Counted from the stretch's first letter, positions 39,401 through 53,626 are shown. The stretch is 64,000 nucleotides of DNA from Takakia lepidozioides (GCA_030704615.1 CM060733.1:42284001-42348000); one strand, 5' to 3'. Notes: generated from the letters alone by a model not told the origin. Numbers and translations are program-made.

Positions 39401-42400
39401 TTACCTTGCACCCAAGGGGATGTGAGCAGGTGGCTTCTTTTACACTTGCGGGTGTGAAAAAAAGTATAAAAAATGTGTAAAAAAAACCAGTTTCTCTTGT
39501 AGTGAATAAAGTCCATAGACAAGGACGACCATGGACCTTTGGGAATGGGTAATGGTTGAAGAAGGCTGTAAGGTCGATGTCGTGATCCCTTCGCTCTAGC
39601 ACACGTATCGCACGATTTTATAAATTCTTTCACGAATTTCCACATCTGTGGCCACCAAATAGTCCCTAGATATCAATTCCATTGTTTTGTTGAAACCAAA
39701 ATGTCCTCCAGCCGGAAGATCATGACATGTTTGAAGAATTCGATGTCGTATAGATCCTGGAGGTGCATAGAAAAATCCCTTGACTTAAGTCATATTTGAA
39801 TTCGAAATCGTTTGTAACATGTGGGTGGTCTTGAGGTTGATTCAGTTGACTTCGTAATGTTTTAGCAAATTGGTCGCTCTTCAGTGCTTCCTGAATCTCC
39901 TTTATGATCTCTGTATGGTCACAGGTGGACATGGATAGCATATTCAATTGGAGATTTGTTGGTTTCAAGATGATGGATTTCTGTTAGTCGAAAGCTGTCT
40001 CCCCTTCTTTCAGCGCAAGATACGATCGTCGAGAAAGAGCATCTGGTTTCTCTTGAAGATGTCCGGGACGATAGATAATAACAAAATCAAACCTTGCTAA
40101 TGATATACCCCATCTCGCTTGATGTCGATTCAAAACACAAGCGCTCATATAAATATTCAAGGTTTTTGTGATCGGTGTAGACAGTGATATGATGTTTAGC
40201 CCCTTCTCATAAATGACGCCACTCCTCAAAAGTATCAATAATCGCCAGAAGTTTTTTGTCATGGATTTCATAATTGATTTCTGCAGCAATAATTTTCGAG
40301 AGCGAAAACCAACAGGGTGAAGTTGGCCATCCGTACCGTATTGAGATAACACAACGCCAAGTGCAAAGCCCGATGCATCTGCTTCCAAGAAGAATGGTTT
40401 GAATGGGTCGGCATGTACCAGAATTGGGACCATTGTAAATGTTTGTTTTAGTCTTTCAAATGCATGGTCAGCCTTTTCGTCCCATATAAACTCGTCTTTC
40501 CCTGTAATTCGTATCAATGGTGCAGCAATTTTGGAGTAGTCCTTGATGAAGATCCTGTAGAAATTTGCAAACCCTAGAAAACATTGTATATCTCGAACCG
40601 AAGTTGGTTTAATCCACTCGATGATGGTTTGTATTTTCTTCTGATCCATAAATACGCATTTGTCGAAAATAATGTAGTCCAAGAATTCGACCTCAGATTG
40701 ATGGAAAAGACATTTTTCCAACTTGACACATATTACTAGACAATATACACTTGAACCTAAGACCTCCTCATTATAACATCACTAAGTCACTACACACTAA
40801 CCAACACACCTATTACACATACATGCACAATACACATACATGTACAACATAAGTGATTTGATTGTATATAAACATAAGAAACTTTGCCCTACCAATGTAG
40901 CATAATCCACACTAATGTAAAATAAGCCCAGTAACCTTTTTCACACCATGTCTAGTCAACATGTCACCTCTGAGTCCCTTAATCGACGTGTACTACCAAT
41001 GTGACATAATTTACACTTGTATAAAAAAAACCCAGTAACCTTTCTCACACCATGTCTAGTCAGCATGTCACATCATAACCGAACGCGTAAACCACATTTT
41101 GGAGCAGTATCTTCGCTATACGATAAATTATCACCAAGATAATTGGACGGACCTTCTGTCATTGGCTGATTTTGCCTACAACAACACTATACATTCTTCG
41201 ACCAAGCAAACTCCATTTTTCTCCAATTATGGTCATCATCCTCGAACAAATATTTCCACGTGAAGACTGTTGGAAGCCCTGCTGCAAAAAACCTTGCTAC
41301 AATTCATAACGAGCTTATATTCCACCTAGCAGAAGCTCAAAAACAATACAAGGAGTATGTAGATCAAGATCGACAACTTCAACCCCAGTTCAAGGTCGGA
41401 GATCGTGTATGGCTTCTTCGACGGGACATACAAACCTCGTGACCATCAAGGAAGTTGGATTATCAACGTCTGGGACCATTAAAAATATTCGTCAAATAAA
41501 TCCGGTCAGTTTTCGGCTTGAACTCCCACGATGTATGCGCATCCATCCAGTCTTACTTGTCTCATTATTAGAGTTGTATCATCACTCAAGTATCCCCGGG
41601 CGAGTTTCTGTACCATCTCCTTCGTTTCAAGTCAATCAGGAAATCGAGTATGAAATCGACGAAGTCCTAGATTCTCGCATCAAGTATAAACGCCTTGAGT
41701 ATTTTGTACATTGGAAAGACTACGACATCAGCAAACGAACGTGGGAACCGTCATCCAACCTCGCCAATGCATCTGATAAAGTTCAATAGTTTCATCTACA
41801 ATATCCAGCTAAGCCTCGAACCACACGTCAATAAAACATCACAACAATGATGTCAGCCAAGTTAGCTTCAAGGTGAAGATTTCACATTCAGTGCAAGTCC
41901 AAGATTTTCTCCAACTCTAAGCAAGTCCAAGATTTTACCGCTCCTCGAGGAACTCGACGCTAAAAGAGGGGGTGATGTCACGGACATAGCCCAGAAGAAT
42001 TCACCAAGAGTAATTATCAGAAGTTACCAAGTTATTGAAAATTATTAAGATTTACCATGATTTATTATGATTTATCATGAGTTACCAAATTATCAAAAAT
42101 AACTATCAAATTACTGAGAGTGACTCGGGAAACTGCTCAGTAAGCTTCCTGGTGGAGGAAGCTTCTCAAGAGACTTCCCTTGGCTGGGGAAGCTTCTTAG
42201 GAAACTTTCTAGTAGCCAGTATATATAGGAGGCGAGACTGGACACTCTTCAGTCTCGCCAACATAAGTTCAAACTACTCTTGTTTCCAGTCCCAGTACTC
42301 CAGTCTAGCTTCCAGTACTTTAGTCCAGTTTCCAGCATTCCAGTATTCAAGTCGAGTTCCAGTATATTGTACTCTTGTCTATTTTTATAAAGATCATCTT

Positions 42401-42411
42401 GATTCTTCATT
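36415..42411 (+). mobile_element. Rearranged chromovirus: partial 5' LTR (to 36799), gag/protease/RT (+), inverted RT-RNase H-integrase block (39505-40730, -), integrase/chromodomain (+) and truncated 3' LTR (41976-42411)
   Basis: Gag EKFDGTRSRFRGF, PMQID, CLYCGEEDH; protease LLDSG; [23 protein letters not shown]; minus-strand LEADASGFALG and PWSSLSMDFI; plus-strand [13 protein letters not shown] and chromodomain. LTRs match 21019-21624. Confidence 0.92.
39073..39504 (-). mobile_element. CACTA (En/Spm) terminal fragment
   Basis: The reverse complement starts CACTACAAGAGAAACTGG at 39504 and is followed by subterminal repeats (gtgtaa). Confidence 0.7.
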
Positions 42412-44750
42412 ACCCTCGTACACTTGTACATGCCCTCACACGCTGAAGATCTCCCCCTGATCCCTGATATTCTACTCACAATCTCCAACACACTAACCCA
42501 ATCCTCTATCCACTCTCCGCACTACATTCTAGCAGGCGATTTCAACAGGGACATTGCCATCATGGGTCACACATACAACGGGATACACAAAACTCCATCC
42601 CCCGCAGACCAGGAATGAGCCAAATTTACTCAATCACACCACCTCCGTTATATACCTGCCTATCACCATTATTCCAGACAAGGTGGACTCAACTACTCAT
42701 CCTTAAGCCTTCTTGACGGCTTCTACCTCAAAACACAAAATGACATCCTAACGTACCTTAACAGTCATGTGCACATTAAACGTACATGGACATCACATCT
42801 TAATACATACCACACGATCAGACGCGCCCTCACTATTATACCTTTCACTACCCCCATACACCCGGGGAATAACTGGACATCGGATCCATGTATCACTTGC
42901 CTAAATACCCTAACAACATGTCAAACACTTATCCCTCCACCTGGGCCAATTCCCAAGATATTCCTAACTGGATAGCTGCTCTCTCCAAAGTTGGAAAAGA
43001 TGCAAAAAAAGCCGCCTACAGTATTACCAAACAAAAAGCCGCTGCCAATCACAAAATATTTGTCTCATCTTTTAACCAATTGCTACGCGACTACCCCAAA
43101 AAAACTCACAAAGCCATCTTTAACCTTGCCTTTAACCCACCCATCGATTGTCTCAAACACAGACATGGCCACCTGCTAACCAATCCAATGGACATCAACC
43201 AAGAAATATGGTCACAAACATCCTCAACCTACACACCCACAGTTACAAACTGTTTACATCCCAGTCTCCACACTGCCAATTATATGTGTAAAGCTAAACA
43301 CTACCCATGTCATGATATAGATGGTTTCTTGATTGACAACAGAGGATCCCCAACAGACCGCATTCTAGACTTATTCACAATAGATCTCTACGAATCATGT
43401 CTCAAAAAACTATCTAAATCTAAAGCCCCGGGCCCCGATCTTATACCAAATGCCATACTTCAAGCATTGGACCCTCAACTTCATCACCTCATTTTTAAAT
43501 TTTTTCCAACTATGTTACAAACTAAAACAAATTCCACACTCCTGGAAGCATAGCCGCACCATCCGCACCATTCGCACCATTTTACTCTTTAAAAAATGTG
43601 ACCCTACAGATCTCAGTAATTACAGGCCCATAGCACTGGCCAACACCATATACAAGCTATTCACCGGCACGCTCACCACAGTGTTCTCAAGCTATGGCAA
43701 ACAACACCAAATTCTCAGTGACCCCGAAGAAGGATTCCGCGCTACGCGTAGTACAACAAGACAAATACAATATGTTCTATCCGCCCTCGAAGACGCTAAA
43801 CTTACAAAGCAAGACATATATCTCTTATATATCGACTTTAAAAATGCCTTTGGCTCTTTAGATCATGCTAGGTTACTCGCTATCAGGCTTGATCTTGGGT
43901 ACCCCACTGATGTCGTCCAACTTATATACAGCACCACTGAATACTTTGGTGCCTACTATGGCTCCACCCAGCCTATCTCCATCCTTCGAGGAACCATCCA
44001 AGGAGACATATTAAGTCCTTACCTATTCATTATCTTCCTAGAACCTCTACTCCAATGGCTAGCCCATGGCAAACTTGGGTATCAATACAAAACCTCCTCA
44101 AGTGACATCTCAGCTACAGCATATGCATACAATCTCTCCATCCTGGCACACAAACCACAACACCTAAACCTACAAGTTAGCAAACTATTTAGATTCAATC
44201 TATGGTCAGGCATGGTACTGATCAGCTTACACAAATGCGCCATCACTGCCGCCACACATCACAGTCGGCTCACTAAAGCAGCTATAGCCTCACATTGCAA
44301 ACTATATGTACACTACCAAAACACACTTTTCCTCTTCTTGGGACCAGATGAGCCATACACCTACATGGGTATTCAATTAGTACCCTCCCTCACTTGGCAC
44401 ATCCAAAAAAGACTCTACATCATCCAAACTCGCTACCTAAAGTCTGGCCCTGCTCAAATCCCCAATTGTCATCCGTCCGAAACTATCTATCATTCAATCT
44501 GTACTACAAACACAAATTCAATACTCATTTCACGCCGCACCCTTCTCCCTACCAGACATCAAAAAACTTGATAAAAGCATTATTCAACTTACAAAGCGCG
44601 TATGTGGCTTACCAACTAGAACCCCCCTAATGCCCTCATGCAACTCCCAATCGACAGCTACGGAATCGGTTCTAGCCCATTAATCATATCATATGCTCGT
44701 ACATTAGGCACACAATTAAAAGAAGCACTCAACGATCATGGACGTTTATA
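42412..44750 (+). mobile_element. Non-LTR retrotransposon (APE endonuclease remnant plus RT), possibly RTE/RTEX-like
   Basis: HYILAGDFN, KAPGPDLIPN, YRPIALANTIYKLF, YIDFKNAFGSLDH and GTIQGDILSPYLF; the catalytic motif has decayed to AYAYN. Confidence 0.88.
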
Positions 44751-47700
44751 TTTGTATTTTGTGTGTTGGGACTTCATTTGGTCTCACATGCCAAGTGAGG
44801 TATCAAACCTCACTTGGGACATGGGGATGGGTTTTCCCCTTGTGAGTGTTGAGGATGGCTCATCTTCTTGTAGTTGAACCTCCATGAGCCTCTCCCACCT
44901 CCATAGCTTTAGGTATTGAGAATGAGTGTGGTGACGGCTTTGTAGGGTGGATTTCTTTAGCAAAGGTGCCCTTGGCTTGACTTAGTTTATGTGATTGAGT
45001 GGATTCATGAGTGGAGTGTTTCCATTGTGTTCACTTTCATTATCAGTACAAGAAGATGACCTTCTGTTTGTGAGTGCGGAGTGTAAGGATTAGTTTAGCA
45101 CTTGTGTTGGTATACACCAAAGAGTGAGAGAGCTAGGAAGCTTAAGTATCTCACAAGGCTTGCAAGATGTTGCAAGGAAAGGTGCTTGGTGAAGTTGCAT
45201 GCACCAAGGAATTGGAGAGCTAGGAGAATTTAGCTATTGTATCACAAGGCTTGCAAGGGTTGCAAGAAAATGTACTTGTGGTGTTACACCAAGGTGTTGG
45301 GGAGCTCAAGAAAAAACTTGTTTGCCACAAGATTTACAAGGAGTGCAAGAGGGAAGTCTTGTGTTTGTGAAAAGATGGATTCTAGGGATTGAGAATCATT
45401 TCTATGCATTATGGAGTCAGTGGTGTGTGCCATGGCTTGTGGAGAGCAACTAAATGATTGTTAATACTCGTTTCACTATCAATCTAGGGTTAAGCAAGCT
45501 CAAGTGTGGATGTTGTGGAAGAGAAGCCAATGAGCTACACAGGCTTGGGCTTGAAGACAACAAGGACAAGCACTTGGAGAGCATTAGGAAGCTCAAGAGG
45601 TTTGAAGGGGAGCATGTGAAGAAGTCTTCCAATCAAGGTGGAATAAAGCCAAGCTTAGGGCGTTGGAAGGGCTTGGAGAACAACTTGTGGAAAGTCCTTG
45701 AAGAAAAGAGATTGTGGCTCAAGGCATGCATAGCAACTTCAACCATACATTAACATGTGACAAGACAAGGAAGGGGAAGGCGAAGCTCATGTATTCATTC
45801 CCTTTTGGCTTAAGTTTTGTGGTGGATGGTTGATCAAGCAAGTGATGCTTATGTGGAGCATGCTTCCCAAGTGTGGCTTTCAATTTCAAGCTTGAGGAGA
45901 ACTAGAAGGTGAAAAGAGCAAGTTGATTCCCTTGTGTATGAGGTAATGCATGTGTGAAGCATGCTTTTGGCTTGAGCTTTGCAATTTCAAGCTTGAGATG
46001 AATGGCTCTTGAGCTAGCAAGTGAAGGGAGCTTGAATGACCAAGGCTTGAGAGGAGACAAGGCTTGGTGGCTTGCCAAAGGAGGTACAAGCTTGATTTTG
46101 AGTTCCAATGAGAAATTGAGCTTGTTGTGTGGCCAATGCATTGCTAGATGAGTTGGAGACAAACTTGAGTAGCTCAAGGGAATCAACGGAATTCGCCTTG
46201 GTACCCCATAGAATTCATGGATGCTTGAGGGGATTAAGCATAGAGCCCCAAGGAGCACAAACCCTAGTTTGGTAAGGCTAAACCTCAAGGAAATAGAGGG
46301 GGAAGTGGCTAAAGCTTAGGGGAAAATGGCTAAACCCTAAGGGGAAATGAACTACTCTATGATGGGGAAATGGCTATTCCTAAGGAGAATACAAGAGGAA
46401 TACATATAGGCCCAGGGGAATACTGGGGGAATACTATGGCATATTCTTAGGAATATTCTTAAGGAACTTGGGGAACCCATTGGGAATGCATTGGGAACAT
46501 GGTGACATAGGAAGAGTCCTTGGAGGACTGTTTGGGGTCCTTGGAGGACTGTTTGGAGTCCTTGGAGGACTGTTTGGAGGACCATTGGGAGTCCTTGGAG
46601 GAATATCTGGAAGACCATTAGGAGTCCTTGGAGGACTGTTTGGGGTCCTTGGAGGCCAATATTTGGTGAGTTTGAGGAGTCTTTGGCGACTTGCATGAGG
46701 GACTATTTGGGGTCCTCGAGGGCTAAGTTTTGGCAGGCTCTTGGGGCCTTGGTTACTGTTTTGGAGTCCCATTGTGCAAAGGATTGGGAGCCTTAATGAG
46801 ATTGTTTGAGAGACATATTCTTGAGGGCTCCTGGAGAGTTGTTTTGAGAGACCCTTGAAAGGTAGTCTTGTCTATTGTTCAAGCAAGAAAGTGTGGAGAT
46901 AGGGTAGTGGGATGAGGGCATGCTGGGATTAGGAATTGCTTTAGTCTATCTTCCCGTAGTCTTTCACCCTCTTTGTAGGCCAAAACCTTTCCGTAGGTGG
47001 AGGCAAGAGTCAGTCCGGGTTTGGGCTGAGGTGTCATTGTAGGAGCAACACTGTGGAGTGTTTTTGGTGTGGGGGAGTTGCTGTCTTGATTTTCTTGTGT
47101 TTGGATCCCCTCCACACCTGCATGCTTGAGTGCGTGTCATGTTAGCTTTGTGTAGGTGCTTGTTTTCATAGGAGGTTGGTCCGAATTTGATCACCGGTCA
47201 ATCCTAGAGCGTGCTGTCGGTGGTGAGGCTGGGGTGATGACCAGTCAGACCATCATTGTTTCTCTTATGGTGCGGCTGGGTTGATGACCATCAGACCATA
47301 GGAGTGCTTGCGGTGGATGCAAATACAAGTTTATGTTGCAAACCTAGTAGTCTAAGCCATAAGGCGCAACAGGTTCTCTACCCGGTTACCTTGTGGAAAG
47401 AGGGATTAGAGACAGATTTACAATAGGTGTGGTTGTGAGTTTTCATCACGGAGGTGCCACCAGTTGCTGAGGAGAGTGCCGGTACGAGCACCAGTGATAC
47501 TAGTGGGTATACAAGACGAGGTATGTGGTTTAGGCCACCTTCACCTTCAGTGTCTTCTGAGGAAGGTTCAAACTCAGAGTTAGAAGGATTCTCGCCGAGG
47601 GTGCAAGCCATTTCCATGCCATTGTTGTGGGATACGATGGAGGAAATATATGGAGCTATCAAGGGGCCGCGTCGGTACTCTGGAGCTATGGGCACCATCG

Positions 47701-48560
47701 AGCTTGATAATTTAATACAGGAGTTTGATAGTTGGTGTGATTGCAGCAGATGCGAAATCCACAACTGTTTACGCCTTTTATGGCGTGGAAGGGGCTATTT
47801 CAACACCTTGAGGGGCCGCCCATGGATGACTACCATGAGTTTAGGCGGGGACATGAGATGGATATTGAGGAATGGCGGGTGTATTGGTCACCTGACTATG
47901 TCTCCATCATTAGAGGCACAAGGGCAGTGGTGACATCGGCAGTGACACCGGCAGCTTCTGCAAGCAGCAGTGGGATGTCAAGTAGAACAGGAGCTGGGAA
48001 GTCCACCCAAGCTCCTACTACAGCACCAACACCCGTGCATGCCTTTAACCCAGTTGTGGAGTTCTTCGAGGAGTTAAGGAGAAACTACCAGGGGATAAGG
48101 ATGGAGAAATTGCGGAGTTTGCAAGCGTTCCAACCAAAGCCTGCCGAGAGTTTAAGGGAGGCTTACACGCGCATGAGGCGATTGATAAATATAACCCAAG
48201 GGGCTATGGAAGCTCAAGCAGTCCAATTCTGGTATGGGATATTGGACAAGGAGCTGAGGAGAAGGGTGCGGGATGCAACTCGTTTACAAGTGGCCCAACC
48301 TACCTTAGCAAACGTGTTTTTGCTGGCAGAGCGGATAGAGCTCAATATGGTGGAGGAGTGAGTGGTCACGATGGGGTTTGGTAAGGAGACACAACGAAGT
48401 GGGGCTCCTAGCCAACAACAACCACTAACCCAACGTGCTCAAGGCAACAAATAGGCTCAGGCGAAGCCCAGGGAAGGAGAGAGAGGATCTCAATTGCAGA
48501 TGTCACTTCCTTCATTCTCAGGCCAACAATAGTCGGGAGTGATATGTGTGGAGGATCCCA
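44750..48560 (+). mobile_element. Ty3/gypsy-type long LTR/leader plus gag, broken by a copia element
   Basis: A long non-coding stretch ending ...TTTCATCA (~47448) is followed by a gag-like ORF (LRSLQAFQPKPAESLREAYTRMRRL...FWYGILDKELRRRV). The left boundary is approximate. Confidence 0.7.
46500..46660. repeat. 21-bp minisatellite, about 6-7 units
   Basis: gtccttggaggactgtttgg(g/a) tandem units. Confidence 0.85.
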
Positions 48561-50418
48561 TGTTACACACCCAAAGATGCGTAAATGATCAACTGAAGGT
48601 TTCTCACCCTTCCAAACCTCTTCAGGTGTCTTTGTAGAGATTTCCTTAGTAGGAAGTCGATTCTGGAGGTATGTTGCAGTTGCCACTACTTCTGCCCAGA
48701 AACGGTGGTCCAACCTCATGTGTTGCAACATATACCTCACACTCTCAACAAGTGTTCGATTTTTTCTCTCTACAACTCCATTCTGTTCTGGCGTATATGG
48801 TGTGGTTGATTGTTTCACAATATCATTCTCCCTGCAGAACTGGTTAAAATTCTTTGTACTCACCACCACCATCACACCGAAGAGATTTGATCTTTTCTCC
48901 AGTTTGATTCTCCACCAAAGCTTTGAATGCCTTGAACCTATCAAGAACTCCAAACTTGTTTTGCATCGTGTAGAGAAATGTTTTCCTGGAAAAATCATCA
49001 ATGAAGGTCAAGAAATACTTTGCACCTCCATGAGATTCAGTTGACATAGGACCACATAGATCTGTATGAACTAGCTCAAGAACCTTATTTGTTCGAGAAC
49101 CTCTATCATTTGGAAATGGGTTGCAATGGTGTTTATCGTACACATATCCGTCACAAAAACTCAAGATCCGATCTCCTGTAAGATCCATGCCTTTAACCAG
49201 ATTGTTAGCGGACATGCATGCCAAACTTTGCATTGAGACATGTCCAAGTCTCTAATGCCAGAGGTCACTCTGCTTGAGCGTAGTAGTACACTTCGCATGT
49301 AAAGCTTGGACAACCCCCACTGGCTTGTACAATCTTGCATCTTTCACTGCCTCAGCTATTACTTCACTGTCAAACTTCACCCAACAATGATTGGTAGAAA
49401 ATTCAACCGTAAGACCTTGCTCAGTTAGCTGACTAACTGACAATAGGTTCTTTGTCAATCCAGGAACAATGAGAACTCATCCGATCTCCTTCGACACTCC
49501 AGATGATAATTGAAACATAACAATACATTTTCCATGGATATCAAGACTAGTACTGTTGTCTCCAAGATACACCTTGTGTCCCACAAAGAGTTCTTTGAAG
49601 GTTGAGAATGCTTCCTTCTAGAACGTCATGTGTTGAGATGCCCTTGAATCAATGAACCATGTATCTCTACAACTCCTTTCTTTGCAAAAAGTTGTTGCTC
49701 AAGAGTCAACCCTGCGGCTATGATCTCTCCATCTTCAAGCTGTAGTTGAACTGGTGCAACCGCTTCTCCTTATGTGATCTCCCACAGATCTTTCTCATGA
49801 AAAATGAACTCCATCTTAATCTTCCATGTATGAAAATTGTGACTATCTAACTTCTCCACTCGGGTATGATCAGCAGAAGGTGCCATGATGCTAGTTTGAT
49901 GTTTTGCCAACTATAAAACACCCTCAAACTTTCAGATCTAACTCCAAGCACTCAAGCTTTCAGATCTAAACCCCAAGCACTCAAGCCTATTGGTTGTAAA
50001 TCAAATACTCATCTCTTTCTATCTCTCAAACAGAACCTTGCTCTGATACCATGTTGGAATTTGACATAGAATATAAAAGATGAACTGATTACTGAAAACT
50101 CTTCACCCAACCATAGGACCACAACAAGTTGTGTCCACCTTCCGAGCTCTCCCTATTTATACTCAAAGTCTAATCCAGAAATAGTTGAGATAACTATAGC
50201 ATAACTCCATGCTTTTACTTAAGTTATCTCCACCTGCTATTAGATGGTACAATGACTTGAGTCAATAATAACTGAAGCTAACTTTAGCTATCTTTTAGCT
50301 AACCGAGGCTTATCTCTATTGTTAATTGTGACTTGTCAGCACTCTTATTATGGAAGCCTGACTTGTCATCACAGTGACTCTAGGTAGTAGTAACTTGGTC
50401 AGGAGTTCATTTCCAACA
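48561..50418 (-). mobile_element. Ty1/copia 5' half: LTR (50052-50418), tRNA-iMet PBS, gag, protease and integrase; 3'-truncated
   Basis: LTR TGTTGGAA...TTCCAACA; PBS TGGTATCAGAGC (50040-50051); WFIDSRASQHM, NLLSVSQL, LVHTDLCGP, YFLTFIDDFSR, TPEQNGVVERKNRTL and HLRIFGC. Confidence 0.93.
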
Positions 50419-52299
50419 GTATTGTTATCCAAAGTGCAAGCGTAACTTATGGTGTCACTTGACCCCATATGGCTACTATTGTTATCCATCCATCCATCAA
50501 AGCCCTTGCGGAGGAGGAAAGTTTATCCTCAGTTTCATATATCACAAGAGGAACCGTCACCCCAGACCGACAAACAAACCATACACACAGGCCATAGCAG
50601 GAATTGAACCCCGAACCTGCACTTATCCAAGAGATAAGAGAAATTTAGGTTTAGGAAACCAGAGACCTCGGTGGCTGTGCGCTCTCTTTCTCGGGTTAGC
50701 TTCTCTGCGGGGCTCCAAGGCGACCACATTACGAGCACAAGACTGAGGCACTGTGGAGTAATAGCTATAAGAAATTTGAACGTTAGATGGTCAATTGGAA
50801 GCAGCAGCAGCAGCAGCACGGCTGATAAAATTAGGCACTTCCACCATGGGTACCACTTCCGAACAAGGAGCAAGAGAGGGAGTCTACAAGATCTTTGGCA
50901 CTTACTGGCATGTTTGGAAAGTATGCGAGGGAGGAAAGTGATCTGTTGTTGTTCTGAATGGTGAATAGAAGAAATTTCAGTTCAGTAGTTCCTAACTATT
51001 GGTGTCTTGAGCTCTGTGGATTTTCTTAGCATAGCAATGGCACTCAACGATGGTTGTCTATACGGGCTTTCCGTCCATGCCATTGTCCCCCAAAAAAGCT
51101 AGAGAGTGACGCTTTTTATGACCATGAGGTACATAGTTGCTGCATCTTTGTTCGCCAAATTGCAATATCTTGAGGCTGAACATAAAGCCTGGGTCCTGCT
51201 GGGGTCTAATTGCTAGGAAGCTCGCACACAGCAGATTGATGTTTGCGTGAAGAGCTTGCTGGAGGAAATATGGAAAACCTGAATTAATTATTTATATGAA
51301 GGTAAGTCCCACTTTTGGACTTAAATATCAGTAGTACCAAGACTGCCCTTCCCCCCACCTATGTCACAAATTGGAAACGAGTTCAGGGTTTTATGCCTAA
51401 CTTTTGTTCGGACATTCTGCACGACTCCAACATGATTGAACTGACCCCATCATCTGACCTTAAACTCTGCTACTGGCCTGGCTAACAAGGCTTGCCTTAG
51501 TTCCTGGCCAAGGGCTCCATTTTCCTTCTTGCTCCATTCCACCAGCTCTTTTATTTCTCTTTCAGAATTCATCTTCTCAAATTGAAGCTCTGACTGCAGG
51601 TATCATTGCATTGTGTAATTATAGATTGCATCAGATTTTGCACTAGTAATGTCACCTCACTGTCAGATGAACTGTCTTTCACAGAGGGAAGTGCTATTTT
51701 GTGATGAGGTTATGGGTTAGACATACAACATGTACTTGAACTTAGAACATAAACGTTGGCTATTACAGTGCAGTATGCAGGCCAGACAACTCTTAGTTTG
51801 TTCTTTTGTAGTTTGTTGACTTGACTTGAGCTTTTTCGGTGTCTATCTTTTCTTTAGCCCCACAACTCGAGGTCGTGTGTAATTGGAATGTTTTTAGAGA
51901 GGTCTGTCGGGTAGCTCCTCACTCTGCCTATTTGTTAGGAACCCTTGCAACTATTTGTGAGGGGATGATAGAGACGCAAACGTAGTCTTCACTGATGGAC
52001 TTTGCCAATGGTGTGTTTCCTTGCAATGATGCAGGAGTATAGATGGAAGTTAAGAGCAGATGGAGCCTGGGCTGCATGTTGAAGATACAGAGAGCTCTCG
52101 CATTTCCCCATTGCTAGGGTTTGGGTTTGTTCTTCTCTTTATCTCCTGTGGTGCTGATGTGATCATTCTGTGTCATCAATGTTACCTATCCCCAGCTCGA
52201 CCAACAGACAATTGCTTTGCAATATGGTCGGTCCAGTGGCTTGAAATACTGTAAGTGCTGTGGCAAGGGAGAAATTTGCAGAGGCTGAGATTTTTTCTC

Positions 52300-53282
52300 G
52301 GGGAGGTCACTCCCTATCTAGTTTCCTAGGCACGTGAGGCAAATAGGCATTTTCTATGGGGGTATTAATTTTATTTTCTGGATTTTTGGCCACCATATTA
52401 TTACATAATTTTGTAATATGACATATTTTCTTGTAGGCTATATTATTTATATTTTATAGCAGATAACAAATATTGGACACCCTATATTAACCTGAAAAAT
52501 AAAATAAAATAAAATACGGGGTAATGAATTTTTTATTTGCTGGAAACAAATTTATCCAAAGTAGATGCATCAGCATCATTTAAAGTATAAAAGTTTTGAG
52601 CAAAATCACATCTCATAGTAACTGAACTAATAATCGAATTTATATTTATCCACTTGCTGTCAGTTACATCATATTTGAATTTCAGATGCCCTCTAGATTT
52701 TGAGAAGTAGTTGAGAAGCACCATGATTGTTGTGGCTGGTTTGTTAAGGAGATCAACTGGTTGTCGAGAGACCTCCCACCTGCTCCATATCTTTCTGCTT
52801 ATTTTTTGTATTCTGCCTATCCACCATGTCTCTCAAAACCTATGGGCCGCCATGCTTGTGTTGCCATCCTTCCCTCTCAATCTACGCTTCTCCATTGTCA
52901 CGTCCTGCAAGCTTCAAAACCTATGGGCCACAATGCTTGCACCACTGAGCGCACAACCCTTTCTTTCTGTCTGTCTAGCACAATGTCACCACGAATTGCA
53001 GCCGACAGGAGAGAGGAAGCCTAAGGTTGTTGTGCACATGCGCCTACGCCCTCTCCGCTGCGTGTCACTGATCGACACGTGTCCATTTAATTTATCTTCA
53101 TCCTATATTAGTTTTAATTTTTTTGAAGAATCCGTCTTCATTTTGGACCCTATATTAATTTAAATGTGGTGCCGCCAATATATTAGTACCCTATAAATAT
53201 ATTCTAAATTTTATTTTCTCAGAATTTTGGGCACCCTATATTTTTTTGCACGTCAAGTGGTAATATTTGGAAGTGACCCCCC
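52300..53282 (-). mobile_element. Non-autonomous TIR DNA transposon of undetermined superfamily
   Basis: TIRs GGGAGGTCACTCCC / GGAAGTGACCCCCC, AT-rich subterminal repeats and a residual ORF end SRGHLKFKYDVTDSKWI. Confidence 0.65.
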
Positions 53283-53626
53283 TTTGGATTTCTTCTTTCT
53301 ATGGAAGATGAAAGGATGTGTCATGTACCATGCTGGAACTGAAACTGTTTCTCAGAACAAATGACATTGCTCCAAGAGTCTAGGTGTTTATCCTCATGGC
53401 ATTTTGTAGGACATTAGAGAACCAATATTTGTGCAGAGGTGAAGGGAAGTTAGAGTAACCGTTTGATTGCTTTTGCAAGAGATGGTGCTCGATGGCGGTG
53501 GCAAGGGATTCCCATTTCTCTCCAAACTGGTGTACCGAAGATGGAGGGTTGGCTGCCTCATCAGAATTCAGAAGAAAACTCGCCATGTCTGTCTGATTCG
53601 AGTTATGCCAGGAGCTCCTGAGCTTT

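Noticed and set aside
46352-46772. Proline-rich or extensin-like ORFs
   Set aside because: These are translations of a 21-bp minisatellite inside an LTR-like region.
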